From Bacteroidota bacterium (lineage in GTDB: Bacteria > Bacteroidota > Bacteroidia > Flavobacteriales > Weeksellaceae), in the NCBI GenBank assembly GCA_023433225.1, contig JAEZDQ010000135.1, forward strand, positions 1 to 38,544: 38,544 nucleotides of DNA, read 5' to 3'. The translations under genes and the position numbers were made by a program. Below are positions 28,960 to 37,926 of this stretch, piece after piece. Below the pieces are notes generated by a model that saw nothing but the letters and a program-made list of their open reading frames with translations, was not told the DNA's origin and made no database searches. The first letter of the stretch is position 1, and the number at the start of each line of letters is the position of its first letter.

Positions 28960-29055
28960 AATTTTTAATTTTTTTGTGGCAGGCGAACCTAAAGGCTACT
29001 TGGTATTTTGCTCTGAACACAGGGTTAATAAATGAATTAATAAACCTGAGAAAGA

Positions 29056-29253
29056 TTAAATCAGTCTCAATTGTAATTTCACGTTTTTTTCGTCAGCAAC
29101 ATGGACAAGCCCGGTCTGAGTCAAATTGCGTTTTTGTTTGGTTTCCTTTTTTGTAAGGATGTGGCTCTTGTAAGCGTGTTTTCTTTTAATCTTGCCGGTT
29201 CCGGTAAGTTTAAAACGCTTCTTTGCGCCTGACTTTGTTTTTAATTTTGGCAT
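29056..29253 (-). CDS. rpmI: 50S ribosomal protein L35
   Basis: [36 protein letters not shown]; start ATG 29253. Confidence 0.98.
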   Translation of the reverse strand: MPKLKTKSGAKKRFKLTGTGKIKRKHAYKSHILTKKETKQKRNLTQTGLVHVADEKNVKLQLRLI

Positions 29254-29278
29254 AACTGTATGTTTTATAAACGTTTGA

Positions 29279-29400
29279 GCCTCCCCCGTCCCCTCCAAAG
29301 GAGGGAAAGAAAGGAGATTTCTTTTAATTCATAATTTCAATCCCCACATTTCTCTTCTCAAAATAGCTCCCTCTCCCTTGGAGAGGGCTGGGGAGAGGCC
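29279..29400. repeat. REP/MITE-like element of two inverted GC-rich palindromic arms
   Basis: gcctcccccgtcccctccaaaggaggga ... tccctctcccttggagagggctggggagaggcc. Confidence 0.75.
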
Positions 29401-29951
29401 TATTTTTTCGGAGCCATCATCATGATCATCCGCTTTCCTTCTAATTTAGGAAGCTGCTCCACTTTCCCGATGTCTTCCAATTCTTGGGCTAATTTCAACA
29501 ATAAAATTTCACCTTGGTCTTTGAAAATAATCGAACGCCCTTTGAAGAAAACATATGCTTTCAACTTAGAACCTTCTTCCAAAAAACTGCGGGCATGTCG
29601 TTTCTTGAACTCATAATCGTGGTCATCTGTCTGCGGCCCGAACCGTATTTCCTTAATGACTACCTTTTGTTGTTTCGATTTCAATTCCTTTTCTTTCTTC
29701 TTTTGTTCGTAAAGGAATTTTTTATAATCCACAACCCGGCAAACCGGAGGAACGGCTTTTTCGGTAATCATTACCAAGTCCAATCCTGCGTCCTGAGCAA
29801 TTTGCAAAGCTTTGGAAGTCGGATAGATTCCGGGTTCAATGCCTTCACCGACTACCCGGACCTCGGGTACGGTGATTTTTTGATTAATTTTATGCTGATC
29901 TTCTTTGATCACCCGTGCCGGACCGCGTCCGCCTTTTCTTCTAATTGCGAT
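29400..29951 (-). CDS. infC: Translation initiation factor IF-3, probable non-canonical ATC/ATT start
   Basis: IN.KI...[40 protein letters not shown]; frame stays open upstream of 29912 to ATC GCA ATT AGA AGA. Confidence 0.95.
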   Translation of the reverse strand: MAIRRKGGRGPARVIKEDQHKINQKITVPEVRVVGEGIEPGIYPTSKALQIAQDAGLDLVMITEKAVPPVCRVVDYKKFLYEQKKKEKELKSKQQKVVIKEIRFGPQTDDHDYEFKKRHARSFLEEGSKLKAYVFFKGRSIIFKDQGEILLLKLAQELEDIGKVEQLPKLEGKRMIMMMAPKK

Positions 29952-29965
29952 AGTTTATATAATTT

Positions 29966-31888
29966 TTAATTAATTGCTGTTTCTTTGGCCATTCTGTCTT
30001 TAAATTCTTCCATGGACATTTCACCCAAATCTCCTTCGCCGTGCTTTCTCACAGAAACCGTACCGTTTTCGGCCTCCTTCTCCCCTACAATCAACATATA
30101 AGGTATTTTTTTCAATTCGGCGTCACGGATTTTTTTACTTGTTTTTTCGTTCCGATTGTCAATCAGGCCGCGAATATCGGAATTTTCCAGGAATTTAGAA
30201 ACTTTTTCTCCATATTCTTGATATTTCTCACTGATTGGCAATACGATGAACGTTTCGGGGGAGAGCCACAACGGAAAGTTTCCGCCCGTGTGCTCCAACA
30301 GAATCGCAATGAATCTTTCCATGGAACCAAACGGCGCACGGTGGATCATCACCGGTGTATGCGCTTGGTTATCGGGACCGATATAGGAAAGTTCAAACCT
30401 TTCAGGTAAATTGTAATCGACCTGAATCGTGCCCAATTGCCACTTTCTGCCCAAAGCGTCCTTCACCATGAAATCGAGTTTTGGCCCGTAAAAGGCTGCT
30501 TCCCCGTATTCCACAACGGTTTTCAAACCTTTTTCCGCAGCCGCTTGGATGATTGCGCTTTCCGCTTTTTCCCAATTTTCGTCCGAACCGATGTATTTCT
30601 CTCTGTTGTCCGGGTCACGGAGTGATACTTGGGTTACGAAATCTTCAAATCCAAGCGAACTGAAAACATATAGAACCAAGTCAATTACATTTTTAAATTC
30701 TTCCAATAATTGATCCGGTGTACAAAACAAATGTGCATCGTCTTGCGTAAACCCGCGTACACGTGTCAATCCATGCAATTCTCCGCTTTGTTCATAGCGG
30801 TAAACCGTTCCGAATTCCGCATAACGAATCGGCAAATCCCGGTAAGACCATTGCGAGGATTTGTAGATTTCACAATGGTGTGGACAGTTCATTGGTTTCA
30901 ATAAAAATTCCTCGCCTTCGTGCGGTGTATGGATGGGTTGGAAGCTATCTTGCCCATATTTGGCATAATGGCCGGAAGTTACATACAAATCTTTGGAACC
31001 GATATGTGGGGTAATGACCATTTCATAACCGGCTTTTTGTTGGGCTTTCATCAGGAAATTTTCCAGTTTTCTACGCAATGCTGCGCCTTTCGGCAACCAC
31101 AAAGGCAAACCTTGGCCCACTTTTTCGGAAAAGGTAAAGAACCCTAATTCTTTTCCCAATTTCCTATGGTCTCGCTTTTTGGCTTCCTCCAGTAAATTCA
31201 GATAATCTGTCAAATCTTTTTGTTTCGGGAAGGAAATTCCGTAAACACGCACCAATTGTTTGTTTTTTTCATCACCGCGCCAATAAGCTCCGGCAGCGTT
31301 AAGAATTTTCACTGCTTTGACAATTCCGGTGTTGGGAATATGACCTCCCCGGCATAAATCGGTGAAATTATCATGCGAACAGAAAGTGATTTCTCCGTCA
31401 TTCAGGTTTTCAATCAATTCTGTTTTATATTCATTATTGGCATATTCTTTAAGGGCATCTGATTTAGAAACGGGATACAATTTGAACTCTGTCTTTTTCT
31501 GTGCATTTTCGAGCATTTTCTTTTCGACTTTTTCGAAGTCTTTTTCAGAAAAAACTTCATCACCGAAATCCACATCATAATAAAATCCGTTTTCAATGGC
31601 CGGGCCGATGGTCAGTTTCGCATTCGGATAAAAATTCAAAATCGCTTGGGCCAAAAGGTGGGCGGAAGAGTGCCAAAAAGCCTTTTTACCCAAATCATCA
31701 TTCCACGTCAACAACTGAACGGTAGCGTCTGCGGTAATTGGTGTGGTGGTTTCAACTTGTTCACCGTTTACCATTGCGGATAGGACATTTCTGGCCAATC
31801 CTTCGCTGATGCTCATGGCGATACCCATTGGCGTAATTCCGCTCTCGTATTGCCTGATGCTTCCGTCCGGAAGTGTAATGTTGATCAT
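29966..31888 (-). CDS. thrS: Threonine--tRNA ligase
   Basis: ITLPDGS TGS domain, [41 protein letters not shown]. Confidence 0.99.
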   Translation of the reverse strand: MINITLPDGSIRQYESGITPMGIAMSISEGLARNVLSAMVNGEQVETTTPITADATVQLLTWNDDLGKKAFWHSSAHLLAQAILNFYPNAKLTIGPAIENGFYYDVDFGDEVFSEKDFEKVEKKMLENAQKKTEFKLYPVSKSDALKEYANNEYKTELIENLNDGEITFCSHDNFTDLCRGGHIPNTGIVKAVKILNAAGAYWRGDEKNKQLVRVYGISFPKQKDLTDYLNLLEEAKKRDHRKLGKELGFFTFSEKVGQGLPLWLPKGAALRRKLENFLMKAQQKAGYEMVITPHIGSKDLYVTSGHYAKYGQDSFQPIHTPHEGEEFLLKPMNCPHHCEIYKSSQWSYRDLPIRYAEFGTVYRYEQSGELHGLTRVRGFTQDDAHLFCTPDQLLEEFKNVIDLVLYVFSSLGFEDFVTQVSLRDPDNREKYIGSDENWEKAESAIIQAAAEKGLKTVVEYGEAAFYGPKLDFMVKDALGRKWQLGTIQVDYNLPERFELSYIGPDNQAHTPVMIHRAPFGSMERFIAILLEHTGGNFPLWLSPETFIVLPISEKYQEYGEKVSKFLENSDIRGLIDNRNEKTSKKIRDAELKKIPYMLIVGEKEAENGTVSVRKHGEGDLGEMSMEEFKDRMAKETAIN

Positions 31889-31907
31889 TTTATTGAATTT
31901 TAAGGTG

Positions 31908-31974
31908 CAAATTTACATGTTTTGATGAGATTCATCATTTAATTTTAACAAGTAAATTAGTCTTCCTAATTTTG
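31908..31974. promoter_or_regulatory. Divergent -7 promoter elements for thrS and the CoA transferase
   Basis: TAAATTTG on minus (31915-31908) and TAATTTTG on plus (31967-31974). Confidence 0.6.
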
Positions 31975-31994
31975 AAGAAAGATAAAAAGCATTT

Positions 31995-33275
31995 ATGGAA
32001 AATACTGTATATATTTCAGCTGAAGACGCCGTAAAATTGATTAAAAGCGGCAATCGGGTATTTTTGCACGGCAGTGCGGCAACTCCTTTGTTTACGCTCA
32101 ATCATTTGTTGAAACGCGCGGGGGAATTGTCCGATGTAGAACTCGTATCCATTAGTATGTTCGGCGACATCGACTGGAAACAGCCCGGGGTGACAGAAAG
32201 CTTTCGGTTGAATTCTCTCTTTGTATCGGCCAACATCCGCGAGTGGGCCAATTGTAATAAAGGGGGATATGTGCCAATTTTCCTGAGTGAAATCCCTTTG
32301 CTTTTTACCAATGGATACCTCCCGCTTGACGTAGCGATTGTACAGGTTTCACCGCCTGACAGCCATGGGTTTTGTAGTTTAGGGACTTCCATCGACGCTG
32401 CCTGGACTGCCGTCCGTTCTGCAAAAAAAGTCATCGCACAGGTCAACCCCAAAATGCCGAGGACTTTGGGTGATTCACCTGTCCACAGTTCAAAGTTCGA
32501 TGCCATGATTTGGCATGAAACCGAATTACCGGCGGTTGATTACGGAAGCAAAATCAATGACACCATTCAAAAAATCGGTGAAAATGTAGCAGAACTCATC
32601 GAAGACGGTTCAACCCTGCAAGCCGGAATCGGAGCGATTCCCGATGCGGTTTTGAGTTGTCTGGGCAATCACAAAGACTTGGGTGTCCATACCGAAATGT
32701 TTTCGGATGGTGTGGTGCCTTTGATTCAATCCGGGGTAATTAACAACGAAAAGAAAAAAGTACTTCGTGGGAAAACGGTGACTTCTTTTGTGGCCGGAAC
32801 CAAAAAAGTATATGATTTTGTCAATGACAACCCCAGCATGTCTTTTATGAATGTTTCCTTGGTAAACGATTCGGGAACCATCCGCCAAAATCCGAAAGTG
32901 GTAGCCATCAATAGTGCATTGGAGGTAGATTTGACCGGACAGATTTGTGCCGACTCCATCGGGACTTACCAATATTCCGGCATCGGCGGGCAAATGGATT
33001 TCATGCGCGGTGCGGCTCTTTCGGAAGGAGGAAAACCGATTATCGCAATTCCTTCCGTTACCAATAAAGGGATTTCGAGGATAACCCCATTTCTGAAAGA
33101 AGGTGCCGGTGTGGTAACCACACGTGGCCATGCGCATTATATTGTTACGGAGTATGGTGTGGTAAATTTATACGGAAAGAATTTAGAGCAACGCTCAAAA
33201 TTACTTATCTCCATTGCGCATCCGGATCATAGAGAAGCTTTGGAGAAAGCACATTTCGAAAGATTTAAACCTTAA
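31995..33275 (+). CDS. Acetyl-CoA hydrolase/transferase family protein (4-hydroxybutyrate CoA-transferase-like)
   Basis: DGSTLQ.GIGAIPDAV, LGVHTEMFSDG, SGIGGQMDFMRGA, VTEYG, IAHPDHRE. Confidence 0.93.
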   Translation: MENTVYISAEDAVKLIKSGNRVFLHGSAATPLFTLNHLLKRAGELSDVELVSISMFGDIDWKQPGVTESFRLNSLFVSANIREWANCNKGGYVPIFLSEIPLLFTNGYLPLDVAIVQVSPPDSHGFCSLGTSIDAAWTAVRSAKKVIAQVNPKMPRTLGDSPVHSSKFDAMIWHETELPAVDYGSKINDTIQKIGENVAELIEDGSTLQAGIGAIPDAVLSCLGNHKDLGVHTEMFSDGVVPLIQSGVINNEKKKVLRGKTVTSFVAGTKKVYDFVNDNPSMSFMNVSLVNDSGTIRQNPKVVAINSALEVDLTGQICADSIGTYQYSGIGGQMDFMRGAALSEGGKPIIAIPSVTNKGISRITPFLKEGAGVVTTRGHAHYIVTEYGVVNLYGKNLEQRSKLLISIAHPDHREALEKAHFERFKP

Positions 33276-33300
33276 AAAAGAACCCGCTTACACGGGCTCT
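33274..33300 (-). terminator. Intrinsic terminator between convergent genes
   Basis: Minus strand agagcccg-tgtaag-cgggttctttttt. Confidence 0.65.
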
Positions 33301-33332
33301 CATTCATTAATATTAAATCAAAAATTCAAATC

Positions 33333-34967
33333 TTAATTTTTGATGAATTTTGTTGTAGATTTTTGATTCTTTTCGTCCATTCCGGTTAAAACATAAGTTC
33401 CTTTTGGCAAGTGATTTACATTTATACTTTGTGAACTTTCATTATTGGCAAACACAATTTTACCTGAAAGGTCATAAACCATTATTCCTTTTAATGGGCT
33501 AGAGAAATGTAGGATGTCTTTCACCGGATTTGGATAAATTGCCAACTTTGAAACATTTGTTTCATCTTTCACGGACATTACTTCATCGTAATCAATCGCA
33601 TAAACGCCTTCTTCTGTATTAACCAACAATAAATCCCCGATAGAAAGCAGTCCGGTAATGGAAGGATTTTCATCCATAGTTCTATCTGAAAAAGTGTTCA
33701 AATCAGGGTTAAGAATGAGGTCAGTACCATCATAAAGATAGATTAAATCAGGGGTGGAAGAACTATTGTCAAGAAGAACAAAAACCAGATTACCATTCCA
33801 GTCAACAGCGTGCCTAACTCTTTGAGTGAGTGTGCCTTGATTTTCTCCTTCAAAAATAAGTTCCGGCTCATTGTCTATAGAGGTCATTTTATATATTCGC
33901 GCAACCGAATCTTCATTTATGGTTCCGAAATAGGTCACTTCTTCAGTAGGCACACAAGCACTACCAACAGTTCCGATACCTGTAAATCGATTATAAGGTG
34001 AAGCACTATGAAACAGTTTGTCTAAATTAAGCCCATCCATTGCTGAAATCGGCTCCAAATAGGAAGAACCATTGGTTTTGAAATAATCATCAAACAATCT
34101 GAATATTACACCATCCGGAAGCATTATAAAATCTATATTATGAGATTCCCATGCATCAAAAATGTTATCCGATATAAAATTAGAATTTACAAGTCCTGAA
34201 GGATTTACTGAATACAATCTTCTAACACCATTACTGCCATAAAACCATATAATGTCTCTGCCATTAACGAATATATCGGTAGATTGAGAAATAGCAGCAA
34301 TAGAAGAAATTCCCTCAATTGGATGGAAATCTTCAATAATATGATTTACATTAATTTTTAAAAGGCCTTTTACCTGAGTTTGATAATTAATAAACCCTTC
34401 TGCTAACATATAGTTACTTCGTGGCATAAAACTCATAAACCTCGGGCCATGGGGATCCGTACTAGAATTTGAGTTTGTTAAATTTACCATCTCATCTGTA
34501 TAGAGATTGTAAATATAAGTACCCATATAATCGGTATTTAACCAATAAACTGCGTTACTAAAGAAAGTGCCGGATAAAGGATATCCCGGTTCTCCGTATT
34601 GATTATTGTAAATGTGAGAATCATAAATTTTGCTTTCTCCCAAACTCATCTTTCGGAAAAAATTATTGGAATATACATAGATATTATCAAAATGAGTATT
34701 AGTTTCCGGTGTATAACTAGGCATTAAGAATTGACCACCATCAACAGTAAATTTAGTCGCAACACCGGATGAATGTACTTTATAAATACCATCCCAAACA
34801 TCATAATTTCCTGTTTGGGTATTTTGTGTGTATCTGTTTCCAATCAGATGTTCCTGATGCAAAAATTTAGGTTCAAATCTGCCGAAATCCGCGTCGATAA
34901 AAGGTTGTAATTGAGGAAAGCATAAAATCCCCGTCATTAACAAAATAAGGGTGTTAAGTGTTTTCAT
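33333..34967 (-). CDS. T9SS type A sorted protein with unrecognised beta-rich body
   Basis: Signal peptide from ATG 34967; IYPNPVKD..VYDLSGK..LPKGTYVL..KFIKN. Confidence 0.85.
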   Translation of the reverse strand: MKTLNTLILLMTGILCFPQLQPFIDADFGRFEPKFLHQEHLIGNRYTQNTQTGNYDVWDGIYKVHSSGVATKFTVDGGQFLMPSYTPETNTHFDNIYVYSNNFFRKMSLGESKIYDSHIYNNQYGEPGYPLSGTFFSNAVYWLNTDYMGTYIYNLYTDEMVNLTNSNSSTDPHGPRFMSFMPRSNYMLAEGFINYQTQVKGLLKINVNHIIEDFHPIEGISSIAAISQSTDIFVNGRDIIWFYGSNGVRRLYSVNPSGLVNSNFISDNIFDAWESHNIDFIMLPDGVIFRLFDDYFKTNGSSYLEPISAMDGLNLDKLFHSASPYNRFTGIGTVGSACVPTEEVTYFGTINEDSVARIYKMTSIDNEPELIFEGENQGTLTQRVRHAVDWNGNLVFVLLDNSSSTPDLIYLYDGTDLILNPDLNTFSDRTMDENPSITGLLSIGDLLLVNTEEGVYAIDYDEVMSVKDETNVSKLAIYPNPVKDILHFSSPLKGIMVYDLSGKIVFANNESSQSINVNHLPKGTYVLTGMDEKNQKSTTKFIKN

Positions 34968-35012
34968 AATATTTGATTTTAAATGTTTTGGTTTCAAATA
35001 AATTGCACAGGT

Positions 35013-35090
35013 TTAATACTCTCTGTTCATCAGCGTTTGAATGATAATTGCCAAAATCAGAAAGCACAGTAAAAACAAATTTTTCATCAT
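35013..35090 (-). CDS. Candidate 25-aa hydrophobic small ORF
   Basis: MMKNLFLLCFLILAIIIQTLMNREY*, ending 45 bp before the T9SS gene start. Confidence 0.3.
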   Translation of the reverse strand: MMKNLFLLCFLILAIIIQTLMNREY

Positions 35091-35104
35091 ACATAAAGTT
35101 TAAA

Positions 35105-35138
35105 ATACCCCGGCCCAAACTCAAAAACTCCGGGGTAT
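35105..35138. other. 9-bp perfect inverted repeat (terminator or operator)
   Basis: ataccccgg-N16-ccggggtat, followed by a short T-run on the minus strand. Confidence 0.5.
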
Positions 35139-35214
35139 ACATCAAGTAAAGAGGTGCGTTGTATTTGATAATTAAGTTTTAGAAATATAAATAGAGAGGT
35201 TACCTTCAAACTAA

Positions 35215-35649
35215 TTAATTCAGTTTTGAATATTTCTTTTTGATTTGGGTATTATTAATATCACCTGTGCTGTGGGTGATTTCTAAGTAATTCTCGGTAA
35301 TCGTAACAATGGTACTTTCGTATTCACCATCAGCTTCATCATAAGTAAACACAATTTTTGTGTCTCCGGCAGCTAATCTCCAGGTTCCATATTCGACCAA
35401 TGAGTCCCAACAAGTATTGGTACCCGGATAGAAAACATAAAGTCCGTCGGGTGAAAACTCTTCCACATCATCGAGATTACAATCTTCCGTGATGTCTTCC
35501 CATCCATTGCCTGTATTTTGTTCAATACCGGTTCGAACCCAAGAGCCGATCAATTTTTGTGCTACAGGGGAAAGAGATGAAGAATCATCATCGCTGCTAC
35601 AAGCAGGCATCACAAAGAGAATGCATAAAAAGTAAATTATTTTTTTCAT
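35215..35649 (-). CDS. Lipocalin-like domain lipoprotein
   Basis: MKKII..PAC-SSDDD; LIGSW, two Cys, GTWRL. Confidence 0.8.
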   Translation of the reverse strand: MKKIIYFLCILFVMPACSSDDDSSSLSPVAQKLIGSWVRTGIEQNTGNGWEDITEDCNLDDVEEFSPDGLYVFYPGTNTCWDSLVEYGTWRLAAGDTKIVFTYDEADGEYESTIVTITENYLEITHSTGDINNTQIKKKYSKLN

Positions 35650-35694
35650 AGTTGATGTTTTTGTCAAAATTAGATGTACCGATTTAGTAACCGA

Positions 35695-35837
35695 AAGGGA
35701 TTTCCCTATGACTTAACAGGAAAAACCCTATTTCGGATTTTTCATACTCAATTGGCTGAACTTTAGGAAAATCCGATTATATTCGAAAAAAAATCAATAG
35801 AAAAGCCTTAAAAATGACTATAGGTAAAACCCTATAG
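35695..35837. promoter_or_regulatory. Array of palindromic TAGG-N-CCCTA boxes in a divergent promoter
   Basis: AGGGATTTCCCTA 35696, AGGAAAAACCCTA 35718, AGGAAAATCCGA 35765, TAGAAAAGCCTTA 35798, CTATAGGTAAAACCCTATAG 35818. Confidence 0.7.
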
Positions 35838-35885
35838 ATTTTTAAAATTTAACGTTCATTTTTGTCTCAATTAAAATTTATAATC

Positions 35886-36506
35886 ATGAAAAAATTAATT
35901 TATCTTTTTGTCGCCTTTGCATTTCTTTCCTGTGAGAAAAAGGCAAATGAAGAAACCACATTAACTAATGAGGCTATGACTCCTGCCACATTTGATTGTG
36001 AAGAATTAAAAAAAGTGAGATCCTTAAAGCCAGAAGAGCAAATTGCCTGGTATAAAAAAAATCAACATAAACTATGTGAAGAGCCGGCATTTTACGAATG
36101 TATAAGAAAATTTCACAGTATAAATAACTCCGATTTCGAAGAAGCTGCTTTATCACATGCTCGAAACTCGTCAGGAAAAATCAGTTATCGAAAAATTGCA
36201 GCATCCAAGCTTGAAAGCATTTTAAACACTTTTAATGGAGATTGTTACGATAAACATGTGGAATTCGATCTTTCTAAGCAGCCCCATGAAGCTGGCTTTA
36301 TAAGATTTAAAAATTTCGCAGTTGACAGTTCAAGATATTCAATCCCTCTTCTTAAAGGTATAATTAATGATCTTAAGAGGAATCAAATCAATCAAAATAC
36401 TGAATTTGAAATATGTAGTGCTGTAATTAACAATAAGAAGATGGTTATTTTCAAGGTGAAAAATGATTACTTCAATATCAGCCATGACCCGGGTATACTA
36501 AAGTAA
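35886..36506 (+). CDS. Hypothetical lipoprotein, first gene of the signalling operon
   Basis: MKKLIYLFVAFAFLSC lipobox; no recognised domain. Confidence 0.8.
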   Translation: MKKLIYLFVAFAFLSCEKKANEETTLTNEAMTPATFDCEELKKVRSLKPEEQIAWYKKNQHKLCEEPAFYECIRKFHSINNSDFEEAALSHARNSSGKISYRKIAASKLESILNTFNGDCYDKHVEFDLSKQPHEAGFIRFKNFAVDSSRYSIPLLKGIINDLKRNQINQNTEFEICSAVINNKKMVIFKVKNDYFNISHDPGILK

Positions 36507-36521
36507 TAATTATGGTATAAC

Positions 36522-37136
36522 ATGAACCTCGTCAACACTTACGTCCTAATTAGCTTTATTATCTTGTTGCTGTTTTACAGCGCCAAGACAAAGTACTTCA
36601 TACATTTGTTGATAATCCTGATTTTAAGTTTGTTGAATGAAGTAATCTATTTTTTGAAGCTTGAAACTTATCCATTTACTTCTACGCTCTACATTATTTT
36701 ACTATTTATAATTTGGTTATTAATTCTCCAAAAAACATTTCAAATACCGCTTGCGCTTTTACAAACCGTGCTGGCGGTATTTGTTGTTTTTTCTTTGACA
36801 AATCTCTTGTTCATTGAAAAAATGAGTTTCAATAAATACACATTCGTTTTTGGTTCATTGATCTATATGGTCATGTATCTGATTTATTCGTTTAAATTAC
36901 TCAAAACCGAAAACCTTTCTTTGTTCATTTCCAACGATTTCCTTCTCATCTCCGCGCCTATATTATTCTTTTTGGGAATGAGTTTTTTGTTTGGTTTCAG
37001 GTCGTACGAACTAACTTCAACTATCGTTTTCGGTAAAATGACGCTTTATAAAATTATCGTATATTTTGTTAATTTTGTTTATTATACCATGATGAATCTC
37101 TTCATCCTGAAGGAAAGAAAGAAAAACTATGCGTGA
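36522..37136 (+). CDS. Hypothetical integral membrane protein (about 6-7 TM)
   Basis: Almost entirely hydrophobic; overlaps the kinase start by 8 bp. Confidence 0.82.
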   Translation: MNLVNTYVLISFIILLLFYSAKTKYFIHLLIILILSLLNEVIYFLKLETYPFTSTLYIILLFIIWLLILQKTFQIPLALLQTVLAVFVVFSLTNLLFIEKMSFNKYTFVFGSLIYMVMYLIYSFKLLKTENLSLFISNDFLLISAPILFFLGMSFLFGFRSYELTSTIVFGKMTLYKIIVYFVNFVYYTMMNLFILKERKKNYA

Positions 37137-37926
37137 ACTGGCTTTCGGAATTATCACTGCTGTTATACTGGTTAGTCTGGTCGTTTTGTTCTGCGCTATT
37201 CTTATTAAACTTTATATTTCCAAAATCACAAAGTACAACAAAGTCCTTTTTGAAAAGGAAATCGAACATCAAAAGCAAATCAATCAAAGCATCATTGAAA
37301 CCCAGGAACAGGTTTTACAAAACATTTCTCAGGAATTGCACGACGATGCCGGACAGCAATTGACATACATAAATTTCCGAATTGAAAATCTGAAACTGGA
37401 TTCCGAAGAATTGAATCAGAAATTAGAACCGGTTTCAGATGCTGTTTCACAGTTGTCTCTCAGTATCAGAAACCTGAGTCATTCATTGAATAATCATATT
37501 CTTTCCCAACAAGATTTATTAAAAGCCATTGAGACAGAAGTAAAAAGAATCAACCAGTTAAATAAGATAAAACTTTATTTTCAAGCTCCGAAAAACCAAA
37601 GCACCAACCTTTCTACAAACGAAAAAATCGTGATTTATCGGATATTTCAGGAATTGATTAATAATTCCCTGAAACATTCGGAAGCAAAAAATATCCATGT
37701 TGAAATCAATGTTTCGCCCTATTTCAGAATGGTGATCTCGGATGATGGAAAAGGTTTCGACACAGACATCATAAATTCCTTTACCACAAACGGATTGCTA
37801 AACATTCAAACACGCGCGGATTCGATCGGATTTGACATAAATTTAGAATCATCAAAAGGAAACGGGGCAAAGTTCACTCTCTCTGAAAAACAGTATAAAA
37901 ATGAAAGCAAGCATAGGAATCATTGA
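37129..37926 (+). CDS. HisKA_3 histidine kinase with one TM and no sensor domain
   Basis: ISQELHDDAGQQL, YRIFQELINNSLKHS, DDGKGFD, GLLNI; only 265 aa. Confidence 0.93.
   Translation: MRELAFGIITAVILVSLVVLFCAILIKLYISKITKYNKVLFEKEIEHQKQINQSIIETQEQVLQNISQELHDDAGQQLTYINFRIENLKLDSEELNQKLEPVSDAVSQLSLSIRNLSHSLNNHILSQQDLLKAIETEVKRINQLNKIKLYFQAPKNQSTNLSTNEKIVIYRIFQELINNSLKHSEAKNIHVEINVSPYFRMVISDDGKGFDTDIINSFTTNGLLNIQTRADSIGFDINLESSKGNGAKFTLSEKQYKNESKHRNH

Noticed and set aside
29254..29298. 15-aa N-terminal extension of L35 in the ORF track
   Set aside because: Begins inside the repeat element; the canonical MPKLKT start is at 29253.
1242..33137. Many 60-175 aa antisense or alternate-frame ORFs (e.g. 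15139-15561, 29514-29969, 32610-33137)
   Set aside because: They lie within well-supported genes and have no recognisable motifs; consistent with shadow ORFs.
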